Assembly (NCBI GenBank): GCA_963722075.1
Contig: CAVRJM010000001.1
Span: forward strand, 1,152,001-1,216,000
Direction: 5' to 3'
Source of the DNA: Candidatus Babeliales bacterium
GTDB taxonomy: Bacteria > Babelota > Babeliae > Babelales > JANWKD01
DNA: 64,000 bases
The notes beneath the pieces are model-generated. The model ran no database searches. It was not told the origin of the DNA and saw only the letters and a list, made by a program, of their open reading frames with translations. Shown here one piece after another: positions 10,666-20,485 of the stretch. The stretch's first letter is position 1. Each line of letters starts with the position of its first letter. The translations under genes and the position numbers were made by a program.

Positions 10666-10952
10666 TGACCGTAGTTGATATTGTTTCTTTGATCGTTGGC
10701 GCTTTTATCGGCGTGGTAATTGGATTATTATTCGTAATCTTAATTGCTAAGATACGCAATATACCGCTGAATAGAAATTTTTTAATTTCCTTATTTACCA
10801 TAAGCTTTGCTGCTGCAATTATACTGGGCTTTATAAAAACACTCTTATTAGAATATGGCTTTTCCCGCTCAACAATTTCTTTAATTTATTTAGCTATTGG
10901 TATATTGGTATTATTACCAATGATTGCTTTTTACAAGAAAAATAAATTTTAA
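10665..10952 (+). CDS. Small 3-TM membrane protein
   Basis: TAATG coupling to previous ORF; three hydrophobic helices. Confidence 0.7.
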   Translation: MTVVDIVSLIVGAFIGVVIGLLFVILIAKIRNIPLNRNFLISLFTISFAAAIILGFIKTLLLEYGFSRSTISLIYLAIGILVLLPMIAFYKKNKF

Positions 10953-11033
10953 TTCCATAAAAGTCGTGTAACATTTTATATCAAAATTAAAGAAGACATT
11001 GATCGTCGTGATAATAAAGTCGGAAAAAAAGCC

Positions 11034-11222
11034 GTCTTTGCGAGCTTGTCGAAGTAATCCAGATTAAGAATCAAATGCTCTATAAAAAGAGTCTATGAAC
11101 ATTGCGCAAAACAATAAAAAAAATATTAAATTTTATTCAGTTAATAACAATATTTGGAAAGATATAATAATAAGGTAAAGAACTTTAATGAACCTGGATT
11201 GCTTCGACAAGCTCGCAACGAC
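11034..11222. repeat. Palindromic REP/MITE-like element, type A (29-bp inverted arms around AT-rich core)
   Basis: gtctttgcgagcttgtcgaagtaatccag (11034-11062) versus ctggattgcttcgacaagctcgcaacgac (11194-11222), 2 mismatches; same arms at 49120-49335. Confidence 0.85.
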
Positions 11223-11277
11223 AACGTTTTTAAATTTAGGTTAATTAAGCAAGATTGCAGAAATTAAAGAATAAAAC

Positions 11278-11728
11278 ATGAAAAAACTAAAATATAGACA
11301 TGAAGCCATTCTTAAATTCCAACAAAAGTTAGAACGAGCTTTAATTCTATTTAATAATCAAGTAACAATAGGCCTTGCAGAACAGGAAGCATTCAGGATG
11401 TCGGTCATTTGGCACCTTCGAAATTTACTTTGAACTATTTTGGAAATTTTTTAAATTATATCTATTTGAAAGCTATGGTATAGAAACGGTAGGATCAAAA
11501 ACAGTATTTAGAGCATGCTTTGATAAAAAACTAATTAATGAAGAAGAATTAAAAAAGTTAATCGAAGTTGTAGAAATTAGAAATAACACTTCGCATATTT
11601 ATAATGAGATTCTTGCTCAAGAAGTAGCTGAGCAAGTTGAATATCATTATTTTAGTATGAAAAAATTAATTGATTCAATTAACATCCATAGTGCTCTTGA
11701 ACAATATTCAATAAACATTGCGAGCTAG
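11278..11728 (+). pseudogene. HI0074-family HEPN (nucleotidyltransferase substrate-binding-like) protein, one apparent +1 frameshift
   Basis: ATG 11278 MKKLKYRHEAILKFQQKLERAL...RMSVI; removing one T of ttt at 11408-11410 joins GTFEIYFELFWKFFK...SKTVFRAC...RNNTSHIYNE (Rx4H). Confidence 0.75.
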
Positions 11729-13130
11729 GACGCAATGTCCGTTCTTGCGTCTCAAAATTAACGGCATAAATACCATGTTTACGATGCTTACCACTATTCC
11801 AACCAAAACAATCAAGCAACGTCCAGAATAAGTACCCACGTATATCAACCCCTTCTGAAAGAAGCAGGGAAATAACATATAGGTGTTTTTTTATATATTC
11901 TTCACGTAATTCACAATTATCACTGACGCAACCATTTTCAGTTATAATAATGGGAACATTTAGTTCGGCTGCTTTTTTAATTGAATAATAGAGACCTTCA
12001 GGATAAAAAGGCTTTCCTTTTTTACCTTCAGGACCATCAGCCAATTTTTCAGTGGGACGCGGTACTTCTTTAAACATTTTAACGGTACCATGGGTATAAT
12101 AATTAATCCCAATAAAATCAAGTTTGTGAACCGCTTCAGGATTATAATCTCGATATAAAAATGCCCAATTAAAATCACCCGTTTTAAAATAATTAATGGC
12201 CACTTCATTGAGTAAATAATGAAATATTTTTGCCGGGATTTGATCGAGCGGATTCCATCTATAATAAGGATGTAGGGGATGCATTAAATGTGCAAATCCT
12301 ACTTGCGCTTGAGGATTAATTCTTTTGAAAGCTTTATAAATTTCTATATGGGCATCAAGCATGTTTTTAACCACCATGCCACAGCAACGTATACGAAATT
12401 TTCTTCCAGGAGGGTATAGATTATACACATAACCAGCAAGTGCTTGGCCCACCGGCTCATTAAAGGTAATCCAGTATCTGATTTTTTCTGGATTTTTTGC
12501 TTTTGCATAAATACTTTTAAAAACGTATACAGCAAAATTTACAAAATCAAAAATATTATTTGCATCTTCAAAACCAAATCCGCGCTCTGGATCATCTGCA
12601 TATTCAAACCACAAGGGCCAAATGTGATGAAATAGGGTGGGTATAGGCTCAATATCATTATCCGTCAACTCATCAATAAAATCGATATAATGTTGCATTG
12701 CCTCTTCATCAAACACTCCCTTTTGCGGTTCTATTTTACTCCAGTCAATTGAAAAGCGATGAGCTTTCATACCGCTTTTTTTAATAAGTTGAACATCTTC
12801 TTTATACCGCGACCACCGCTGACATGCTTTACCAGAGCGCTTTTCTGGAGCAAATCGTGGTTGTAGCATTTTATTAACAAGTATCTCTTGCTCTTCCCAT
12901 ACCGTCCATGAATTTATTATCATTTTTCCATCAACCGTTTCAGCGCCTTCTACTTGAAAAGCTGAATCAGCGGTACCAAAAAAAAAGTAGTCAGGAAATG
13001 AGAATAAACGCCAATTAATGGTACTCCAATCCCATACATATTCATAATTGGCAATGGGAGAGAGGGGAAAGATATAAAAAAAGAGAATAAAAAAAGGTAG
13101 ATATCGTTTTTTTTCTAATAATTGCTTCAT
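11679..13130 (-). CDS. Glycoside hydrolase family 1 (beta-glucosidase-like) with N-terminal signal/TM
   Basis: FFFGTADSAFQVEGA, RFSIDWSKIEP, TFNEP (acid/base), ITENG (nucleophile), GYLFWTLLD. Confidence 0.92.
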   Translation of the reverse strand: MKQLLEKKRYLPFFILFFYIFPLSPIANYEYVWDWSTINWRLFSFPDYFFFGTADSAFQVEGAETVDGKMIINSWTVWEEQEILVNKMLQPRFAPEKRSGKACQRWSRYKEDVQLIKKSGMKAHRFSIDWSKIEPQKGVFDEEAMQHYIDFIDELTDNDIEPIPTLFHHIWPLWFEYADDPERGFGFEDANNIFDFVNFAVYVFKSIYAKAKNPEKIRYWITFNEPVGQALAGYVYNLYPPGRKFRIRCCGMVVKNMLDAHIEIYKAFKRINPQAQVGFAHLMHPLHPYYRWNPLDQIPAKIFHYLLNEVAINYFKTGDFNWAFLYRDYNPEAVHKLDFIGINYYTHGTVKMFKEVPRPTEKLADGPEGKKGKPFYPEGLYYSIKKAAELNVPIIITENGCVSDNCELREEYIKKHLYVISLLLSEGVDIRGYLFWTLLDCFGWNSGKHRKHGIYAVNFETQERTLRPSSQCLLNIVQEHYGC

Positions 13131-13147
13131 ACTGCCCTTGATCTAAC

Positions 13148-13248
13148 GTCATCCCGAGCGTAGCGTGGGGATCCAGCTAATAAATAAAAAGTCTTTATTT
13201 TTTATAACTGGATTCTCACGATCTTGCTTTGCAAGATCTCAGAATGAC
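13148..13248. repeat. Palindromic REP/MITE-like element, type B
   Basis: gtcatcccgagcgtagcgtggggatccag...ctggattctcacgatcttgctttgcaagatctcagaatgac; near-identical copy at 18185-18286. Confidence 0.85.
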
Positions 13249-13278
13249 AATTGGAAGAATCAACTCTTTTGTTTTTTA

Positions 13279-15249
13279 TCAATTTATCAGGGCATATAAG
13301 TTTGTCAAAAAAGAAAACATTCCTTTTTTAGGGTTACGAATTTCATATTTTATCCGGTCAAACAACTGTTCCTGTGCCCGGTAATATTCATTAAGTAATT
13401 GAGAATCAGCAGCAATATACGGAAAATATTTAATACCACTTTGAGGGTTCAATCCACCTTTTTTATCGAAGGTCATAGGAATACAAAATTCTATTTGATC
13501 AATGTCAGCAATTGCCTCTGGCTTATTTTGTAAATAATCAGCAAGTGTATGCATGTCAGCTATGGTATTTGTAGTATTATTCAATCCAACTTTTCGTTTG
13601 TAACCTCCTGGCCGTGCAATATATACTTGCTTATGAGCCGTTTCTTTAGGAATAGCAATTAAAATACAGGCACCATAGGTACTGAGCTTATTGAAACGAT
13701 CGTAAAGGTCTTGTAATCGCTTGTTAAATCTGGCGTACAGATGATTAAGATTATGAAGGGAAAACACCTCTTTAATGCTAAAATTAAAATCGCTTATATT
13801 GCTATTGCTCGCAATATATTGAGCAGAACAAGAGCCACCATTAGTAAGGTTTCCAAAAAACGCATGATTAGCAAAGAGTAACCGTTCACGTATTGCTTGA
13901 GAAGTGCGCCCTTTTTCTAGAATAGTATTACGCAATTTCTTTTCATTTCTTTTATCAGTAATTACTTCTTTTACATGAAGTAATAAAAAGTCACCAATAA
14001 TAAGATTATTAATTTCTTTATATAAAAAGGTATGCAGCTGTTCTAAAAAAAGATAATGAAGTCGCTGACCATGCACAAATGTATAATAATTGCGTTGCAA
14101 TTCTTTTTCTTTGCTGATAATACGTAACACCATGGCCTGCAATGAAGTGTCATCTTTGTAACTGAGCAATGTGTCTAAACAGTTTTCAATACATGAATAT
14201 GAACTCCAATAATCCTCTTGTGTAACAAAATGTTTAAGATGTTGTTCGGTAGGCGTAACACCTTTTCGATGGATTTTTAGATAGCCATCTTTACAAGAAA
14301 AATTATAGAGCCATACCTTAATTAGGCAATCAACCGTTTTATTATTTTTTATGTATCGTTTAAGCGCTTTTTTGAGAGCATTATTTTTGGGAGCTTGTTT
14401 ATTTACTAAAATTAAAGCTTTTGGGTGCACCATTTCAATGTGTTGAAGAACAATTTGCTCTAATATTGGATACAATGATGGATCTTTTTTTGATAGCTCC
14501 TCATATAAATCTATACCACTAATGGATTTGAGCACATTAGCTGCGTTTTTTTTAATCTGGTCACCTATTAACGTTGTATATTCTTTATTATCGGCAATAG
14601 ATTTTTTTAAAAAGCGTATACAGTTCCGTTTTATTTCTACAAAAGGTAATTGTTCGATAATACGACGCATTACATAATCGACAATGCTGGGATCTTTAAA
14701 AATTTCAGTAAAATATGGATCAAAATCAATAAAATAATGAGGACTAAAACCCATTAACTCACTAAATAATATTTGTGAATCAATTGGATCATAATTTAAA
14801 ATTGATGCCAAGTGCATTAAAACTTCAAAACTATTTTTATCTAGACCAGGATTATTAATTTTTTCTCGAACTATTTTTTTAGCTTGACAACAATAATCGG
14901 TATATAATAGATCATTATTATCGCGCCTTACATAACTGGTTGTGCCCCAGCTATAAGATTGACAAGTTCTAATATAATAACAGAATGATTCAAATTCTTT
15001 TTTAAGATTTTTAATCTGGGGTTCATTGGTTAACTGGGAAACTATTTCAAACGTATTACTAATTATTTGAGCTGCACCATCATTGAAGGATTGTAAATTG
15101 CAATAATTAGTATCATTTATCCATTTTTGTATATCTTTTTCTAACTGAACAACATCTATGGCGCTTTTTAAAGGAAATAGTGCAGTTGCAATTCCCAAAG
15201 CTAAAAATAATTTTTTAATAATAGAATTAAAATAATAGAAGGAAGACAC
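13279..15249 (-). CDS. Large hypothetical secreted protein, possibly with ART-like C-terminal domain
   Basis: 656-aa ORF with signal-like N-terminus, helical middle, C-terminal FVHGQ...LFAN...QIE. Confidence 0.7.
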   Translation of the reverse strand: MSSFYYFNSIIKKLFLALGIATALFPLKSAIDVVQLEKDIQKWINDTNYCNLQSFNDGAAQIISNTFEIVSQLTNEPQIKNLKKEFESFCYYIRTCQSYSWGTTSYVRRDNNDLLYTDYCCQAKKIVREKINNPGLDKNSFEVLMHLASILNYDPIDSQILFSELMGFSPHYFIDFDPYFTEIFKDPSIVDYVMRRIIEQLPFVEIKRNCIRFLKKSIADNKEYTTLIGDQIKKNAANVLKSISGIDLYEELSKKDPSLYPILEQIVLQHIEMVHPKALILVNKQAPKNNALKKALKRYIKNNKTVDCLIKVWLYNFSCKDGYLKIHRKGVTPTEQHLKHFVTQEDYWSSYSCIENCLDTLLSYKDDTSLQAMVLRIISKEKELQRNYYTFVHGQRLHYLFLEQLHTFLYKEINNLIIGDFLLLHVKEVITDKRNEKKLRNTILEKGRTSQAIRERLLFANHAFFGNLTNGGSCSAQYIASNSNISDFNFSIKEVFSLHNLNHLYARFNKRLQDLYDRFNKLSTYGACILIAIPKETAHKQVYIARPGGYKRKVGLNNTTNTIADMHTLADYLQNKPEAIADIDQIEFCIPMTFDKKGGLNPQSGIKYFPYIAADSQLLNEYYRAQEQLFDRIKYEIRNPKKGMFSFLTNLYALIN

Positions 15250-15317
15250 GGAAATAACCCCAATTCAAACAGAAAATTATAGTTTTTTATAAAACTAATT
15301 TATAGTATAACAAAAAT

Positions 15318-16355
15318 TTAAAGAGATGCAATTTCTTGATTATATAATTGTTCGTAACATTCGATCAGATAAGCCATTCGCTCTTGATCACTTGGATGTC
15401 TATGAAAGTCAAATTTCTCATTTAACCAATCTTCTGTTTTCAATCTGTATTTTTTCCATTCATTTTCATCTGTTGTTTTAATTTTTTCGTTTGTTTGATC
15501 TTCAGATAGTTCTGATGGCACTTTCTTTTCTAAATAACTTAAAGGCGAAATCCCTAACCATGCCATACCACCAGCAGTAGCTTCTAAAGAATATGCTGCC
15601 GAAAGATCAGCTCTTTTTTCTAGGTATCTGGAAATTGATCCAATAGCTTTTCTATGCATCAACCAATGCAATCCAGGATTGCATAATAATCCTATATCAA
15701 TAATGGAAAATAGTTTAGATTTATCTTGTTGCCCACCAAAACATGCAGCTAATGCGCTACGGCATAGTTGAAAAGATCCATATATTACTAAAGGGCTCAT
15801 TATTTTTGTTAATGCCAACAAGAGCGAATGCCGCTCCTTAATGTGGGTAAATTCATGAGCAAGAACAAATTCTTTTGATTGGATAGATAGCTGTGTGAAT
15901 AATGAATAAAGATACAATACACTATCTAATGACGCCGCTCCAGGATTACTAGGAGAAGGACAATAAACGGTGTAAAAATTATACCGAATTTTTGCCGATA
16001 ATTTTTCTATATTCAATTCTTTGGCAACTTTGCCGATTATTGAAACTAATTCATTGCTATCGATAGAAGTAGCTGGATAGACAAGAATACCATATGGAGT
16101 CTTAAGAGTTATTCGTTCAAAATTAAGCTTAGAATACTTTTTTAAATCATCTAAACTGAATCCTTCTGATTGCTTATTACTATAACTCATCAAAGCACAG
16201 ATCCCCTGATATAATGGATATGCACCAACAATTAATCCTGATATTTGGTAAATACCTTCTATTACCTTATGCTCATGATGATACGATTTATAAAAAGCGG
16301 ATGAGGAATGCATTAACAACAATGCATAAAGAAAGAAAATAGATTTTTTAATCAT
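15318..16355 (-). CDS. M48-family zinc metallopeptidase
   Basis: FVLAHEFTHIK (HExxH), EKRAD, HPSDQERM. Confidence 0.8.
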   Translation of the reverse strand: MIKKSIFFLYALLLMHSSSAFYKSYHHEHKVIEGIYQISGLIVGAYPLYQGICALMSYSNKQSEGFSLDDLKKYSKLNFERITLKTPYGILVYPATSIDSNELVSIIGKVAKELNIEKLSAKIRYNFYTVYCPSPSNPGAASLDSVLYLYSLFTQLSIQSKEFVLAHEFTHIKERHSLLLALTKIMSPLVIYGSFQLCRSALAACFGGQQDKSKLFSIIDIGLLCNPGLHWLMHRKAIGSISRYLEKRADLSAAYSLEATAGGMAWLGISPLSYLEKKVPSELSEDQTNEKIKTTDENEWKKYRLKTEDWLNEKFDFHRHPSDQERMAYLIECYEQLYNQEIASL

Positions 16356-16356
16356 T

Positions 16357-18123
16357 TTATTTCTTTGGTGGCAGCAATTTTAAGCCGTATTCTTTTAATT
16401 GCGCATCTTCAACTTTTGTCGGTGATTGCATCATCGGATCATAGCCACGAGCAGTTTTAGGAAACGCGATAACTTCTCGTATTGAAGGTGCATTAGAAAG
16501 GAGCATAATAAGTCGATCTATACCTAAAGCAATACCGCCATGGGGCGGAAACCCAAGTTCTTGCGCTTCTAGTAAAAAACCAAATTTTTCTTGCATCGCT
16601 TCTTCATTAAGACCCAATAATTTAAATACTTTATCTTGAATCTCGCTATTAAAGATTCGAATGGATCCGCCACCCAATTCCACCCCGTTCAATACTAAAT
16701 CATAGGCACGCGCTTTCATCTGAGATGGCTCTTGCTGTTCCCAACCAGGTGCCGGGGAGGTAAACGGATGGTGTTTAGAATTCCATTGCTTAGTTTCTTT
16801 ATCAAATTCAAATAACGGAAAGTCAGTAACCCATGAAAAATGAAGCTGGCCTTCTGGAATGATGGCAAGCTTGTGTGCCAATTCCAGGCGTAATCTACCC
16901 AAATAGGTCCATGAATCTTCATATTCTCCGGCAATTAAAAAGAGTGTATCACCAACGGTTAATTCTGGGCATATGGTTTTTAATCGCTCAAACATATTGG
17001 GGGGGAAAAATTTTGCTACCGGCGCTTCAAGAACATTACCTTCAGCCACACGGATCCAAACCAAGCCGCTATTGCATGTTTTTTGTGCCCATTCCACAAA
17101 TCCATCAAGCTCTGAACGGGTAAAGTTTTTATGCACCAGCAAACCACCAACCTTGCCACCGCTATCTAAAATTTTTCTTAAAAAAGTGAGTTGTGTGTCA
17201 CCAAAAGTAGTAGTAAAATCTGAAATTTTTAAATCAAAACGTAAATCGGGTTTATCTGAGCCATACTTGCCAAAAGCTTCATCATAACTCATGCGTGGCA
17301 GCGGTACGGTCAATTCCATACCAAAAAGGTTTTTAAGAAGATGAACAAAAAGGTTTTCGATCAAATTCAACACATCTTCTTCATTAATAAATGACATTTC
17401 AATATCAAGCTGGGTAAATTCTGGCTGACGATCAGCGCGTAAATCTTCATCTCTAAAGCAGCGGGCTATTTGAAAATAACGTTCAAATCCACTCGCCATT
17501 AATAGCTGTTTATACAGCTGCGGCGATTGCGGTAACGCATAAAAGCTTCCTTGATGAACTCGGGAAGGAACTAAGAATTCGCGTGCACCTTCAGGGGTAT
17601 TTTTAGTTAAAATCGGCGTTTCAATTTCATAAAAACCATGCTCGTTAAAAAAAGAACGCATTGCAAACACAATTTTATGACGTAACGCAATATGCTGTTG
17701 CATTACTGGGCGGCGCAAATCGATATACCGATATTTAAGGCGTAATTCTTCATCAATTGATTCTGCGTCAAGCGCAAACGGAATAGTTTTAGATTTATTA
17801 AGGATTGTTAAGCTATTTACCTGCAATTCCCATCGACCAGTTGCCAGCTCCCTATTAATAGTCTCGGCAGATCGTTCCACCACTACACCGGTTACTGCGA
17901 TCACATATTCTGAACGAAGCGAATGCGCTAATTCATGCGCTTGAGCTGAATATGCTGGATTAAAGACGAGTTGCATATAACCACTACGATCACGTAAATC
18001 CACAAAAATTAAACCCCCATGATCACGGCGTGCATTCACCCATCCAGAAAGATCAATGGTTTTACCTAATAATGTTTCATTTACTAATCCACAACCGGTC
18101 GTTCTTTTATAACACTTTTGCAT
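16357..18123 (-). CDS. aspS: Aspartate-tRNA ligase
   Basis: RRDHGGLIFVDLRD, ALPQSPQLYKQLLM, FRDEDLRADRQPEFTQ, GFPPHGGIALGIDR. Confidence 0.98.
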   Translation of the reverse strand: MQKCYKRTTGCGLVNETLLGKTIDLSGWVNARRDHGGLIFVDLRDRSGYMQLVFNPAYSAQAHELAHSLRSEYVIAVTGVVVERSAETINRELATGRWELQVNSLTILNKSKTIPFALDAESIDEELRLKYRYIDLRRPVMQQHIALRHKIVFAMRSFFNEHGFYEIETPILTKNTPEGAREFLVPSRVHQGSFYALPQSPQLYKQLLMASGFERYFQIARCFRDEDLRADRQPEFTQLDIEMSFINEEDVLNLIENLFVHLLKNLFGMELTVPLPRMSYDEAFGKYGSDKPDLRFDLKISDFTTTFGDTQLTFLRKILDSGGKVGGLLVHKNFTRSELDGFVEWAQKTCNSGLVWIRVAEGNVLEAPVAKFFPPNMFERLKTICPELTVGDTLFLIAGEYEDSWTYLGRLRLELAHKLAIIPEGQLHFSWVTDFPLFEFDKETKQWNSKHHPFTSPAPGWEQQEPSQMKARAYDLVLNGVELGGGSIRIFNSEIQDKVFKLLGLNEEAMQEKFGFLLEAQELGFPPHGGIALGIDRLIMLLSNAPSIREVIAFPKTARGYDPMMQSPTKVEDAQLKEYGLKLLPPKK

Positions 18124-18184
18124 ATATTTTTTCTAAAGTTATTAACATGAATTATATTTTTACTAATTTTCACCTTTCCAGAAC

Positions 18185-18286
18185 GTCATCCCGAGCGAAG
18201 CGTGGGGATCCAGTGAATAAATAAACGTCTTTATATTTTATAACTGGATTCTTACGATCTTGCAAAAAGCAAGATCTCAGAATGAC
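18185..18286. repeat. Palindromic REP/MITE-like element, type B
   Basis: gtcatcccgagcgaagcgtggggatccag...ctggattcttacgatcttgcaaaaagcaagatctcagaatgac. Confidence 0.85.
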
Positions 18287-18370
18287 CTATAGGAGAAATT
18301 TTAGTATAGCATATTTACGCCAAGATTAAATATCACCAAAAACTACTCTAATAATTCTTTTTGAAATAAA

Positions 18371-19114
18371 TCATAAAGTGATTTTTAATAATGTTTTTAA
18401 TTTATCCGTTAACAAAATTTCATCGTTTGATTCATACGGGATTAATCCCATACATTCATTATGAATTACGCTTAAATCAGATAGACAACAATTTTTAGGA
18501 CAATCAATACTGTGAGTTTCCAAAACTTTTGATACGTAAGGTATATTATAATGACGAACTACCCATAAAGGAGTTCTATCAATAAAATTAGGTTTATTTG
18601 GATTAGCACCACGATGCAATAGTGTAACAATAATACGAATTGCCTTTGAACGCCACGCACTAATATGAGATTTTTCAACCGCGCGATATAAAGGGGTTTT
18701 TAAGGTTACTTGTTCCTGACCATCAATTTCTGCGCCCAATTCTAGCAATACTTCAATTAAATGAGCATCGAGATTTTCAACAGCTTTAATTAATGGCGTC
18801 ACATTAAAAGCAGATTTATTAATATCTGCTCCGTTAGTATGTAACCAACGCACTAAAGATTCATCACCATTACGAACCGCTTCGATTAATGGACTTAAAT
18901 CCTGATAGACTTCATTAACATCAGCTCCCCTACTAACCGCAGCTTCGAGTTGTTGAATTGGCGCTTTATCTTTTATTAAGCGAATAAATGGCGGATATAT
19001 TTTTTTTGATTCAAATGTTTCAGGTTTTTCAGAAATTTGCATGGCGTATAAGAATGACCAGTTACAAAACAAAAGTGTTATATAAATCCATTTTTTATTA
19101 ATACAATAATTCAT
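18371..19114 (-). CDS. Secreted ankyrin-repeat protein (likely start ATG 19114)
   Basis: GADVN..SPLIEAV, GADIN..TPLIKAV, GAEID..TPLYRAV, GANPN..RTPL; signal peptide ending LYA|MQ. Confidence 0.85.
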   Translation of the reverse strand: MNYCINKKWIYITLLFCNWSFLYAMQISEKPETFESKKIYPPFIRLIKDKAPIQQLEAAVSRGADVNEVYQDLSPLIEAVRNGDESLVRWLHTNGADINKSAFNVTPLIKAVENLDAHLIEVLLELGAEIDGQEQVTLKTPLYRAVEKSHISAWRSKAIRIIVTLLHRGANPNKPNFIDRTPLWVVRHYNIPYVSKVLETHSIDCPKNCCLSDLSVIHNECMGLIPYESNDEILLTDKLKTLLKITL

Positions 19115-20456
19115 GAGCATCATTTTCCTTCTTTTGCGCTTCATTTTTTAATTTTGAATACAGCTCTTTCCATGGTAATTTCTTTTCAGGAACATAAAAT
19201 TTAGTTGCAAGTTTACGAATACCTAAATATGACTGCGTATCAGTTTCATTCGTTACAGTAACAGGGGTGATTACTGTTTCTTCTGCTATACACAGAGGAG
19301 CTTGCGCTGTTGGATAAATAGTTCGCATAAAATAGGAATAACCACTAAAAGGCGACTCATATTCTTTTAATAAATTACCATCAAAATCATAAATGCTAAT
19401 TATTTTTTTGTAATCATTTACTGCTAATTGAAATACAGATCGGTATGCTATAATTTTATTTGAAGCAGTAATAGAAAGAATGGTTCCTATATCATCAAAC
19501 GATTTTATTACTCTTGTACTAAGATCCAATAAGCTAATCGTTTCACTCATAGAATGACCAAACCCAATAACGGTACTGGATGGATTGAGAACAACTTGGT
19601 TTACATTTTCTTCAATAGGTAATTGATGGTAAATATATGGTGGATTATTATGAAATAAATAGGTACTATTGCAGCCACCACATACAATAAAAAAAGCATC
19701 ATTATGGGAAAAAATGATATCAGCAGGGCTGCAGGTACCGGCTAACCCAATAGTCGTTTTTTGAATTTCTTCGACTGGTTTATTAGTTGGAATTATGCTA
19801 ATGAAATTATTTATGCTTCCAACTACGAGCAAATCGCCCTTATGTGAGAATGCAACTTTATAATTATGCCCCGATCCTGGTAAATTACATTTTAAATCAA
19901 AATTATCATCTCTTTTTTCAAATAAAGAACAACTACTTAAATCGTTTCCAACTTCAGCTTTGAAATTGCCATCAGGAGAAAAAGCCACCATATCCGTAGC
20001 CATTCTCTGATCCCAATGAATAAAATCACCACAACAAATAGGGCGGCATCTCTCTTTGCCAACTGGAACAACCAATTCTTTCCATCTATTGCAAAAATAA
20101 TCCGCCCAAGAAAGGTCCTCACAAGAAAAACCTTCAAATAATGAATAGCCTAGATTATCCAACGTTGCATCACACAAAAATCTTTTGAATTTTTTATACT
20201 CTTCACGCGTGCAATCTTTAAAATTTTTCTTCAAATGTTCAATATAAACAATAAGTGCTTTTTCTTTTAACGGTCTTACCGTTGCTAATGCTTTTACCGA
20301 TAACAACCATGTTGGCAGTTCAATTGTTTTTGATGAAGTACAGCAATTTGATTTTGATCCATCTACAATTGCAGATGGATTTTCCATCGCATTAATGGAT
20401 CCAATTAATGATAATAGAAAAACAGTTTTATAAATGGCAAGCGCATTTAGTGGCAC
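19098..20456 (-). CDS. Secreted WD40/beta-propeller-like protein
   Basis: VAFSPDG, VAFSHKGDLLVVGS, IIFSHND, VVLNPSS blades; signal peptide ending INA|ME. Confidence 0.7.
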   Translation of the reverse strand: MPLNALAIYKTVFLLSLIGSINAMENPSAIVDGSKSNCCTSSKTIELPTWLLSVKALATVRPLKEKALIVYIEHLKKNFKDCTREEYKKFKRFLCDATLDNLGYSLFEGFSCEDLSWADYFCNRWKELVVPVGKERCRPICCGDFIHWDQRMATDMVAFSPDGNFKAEVGNDLSSCSLFEKRDDNFDLKCNLPGSGHNYKVAFSHKGDLLVVGSINNFISIIPTNKPVEEIQKTTIGLAGTCSPADIIFSHNDAFFIVCGGCNSTYLFHNNPPYIYHQLPIEENVNQVVLNPSSTVIGFGHSMSETISLLDLSTRVIKSFDDIGTILSITASNKIIAYRSVFQLAVNDYKKIISIYDFDGNLLKEYESPFSGYSYFMRTIYPTAQAPLCIAEETVITPVTVTNETDTQSYLGIRKLATKFYVPEKKLPWKELYSKLKNEAQKKENDAHELLY

Positions 20457-20485
20457 GATTTTTTCCTTTAAATGCTCATTAAGCT

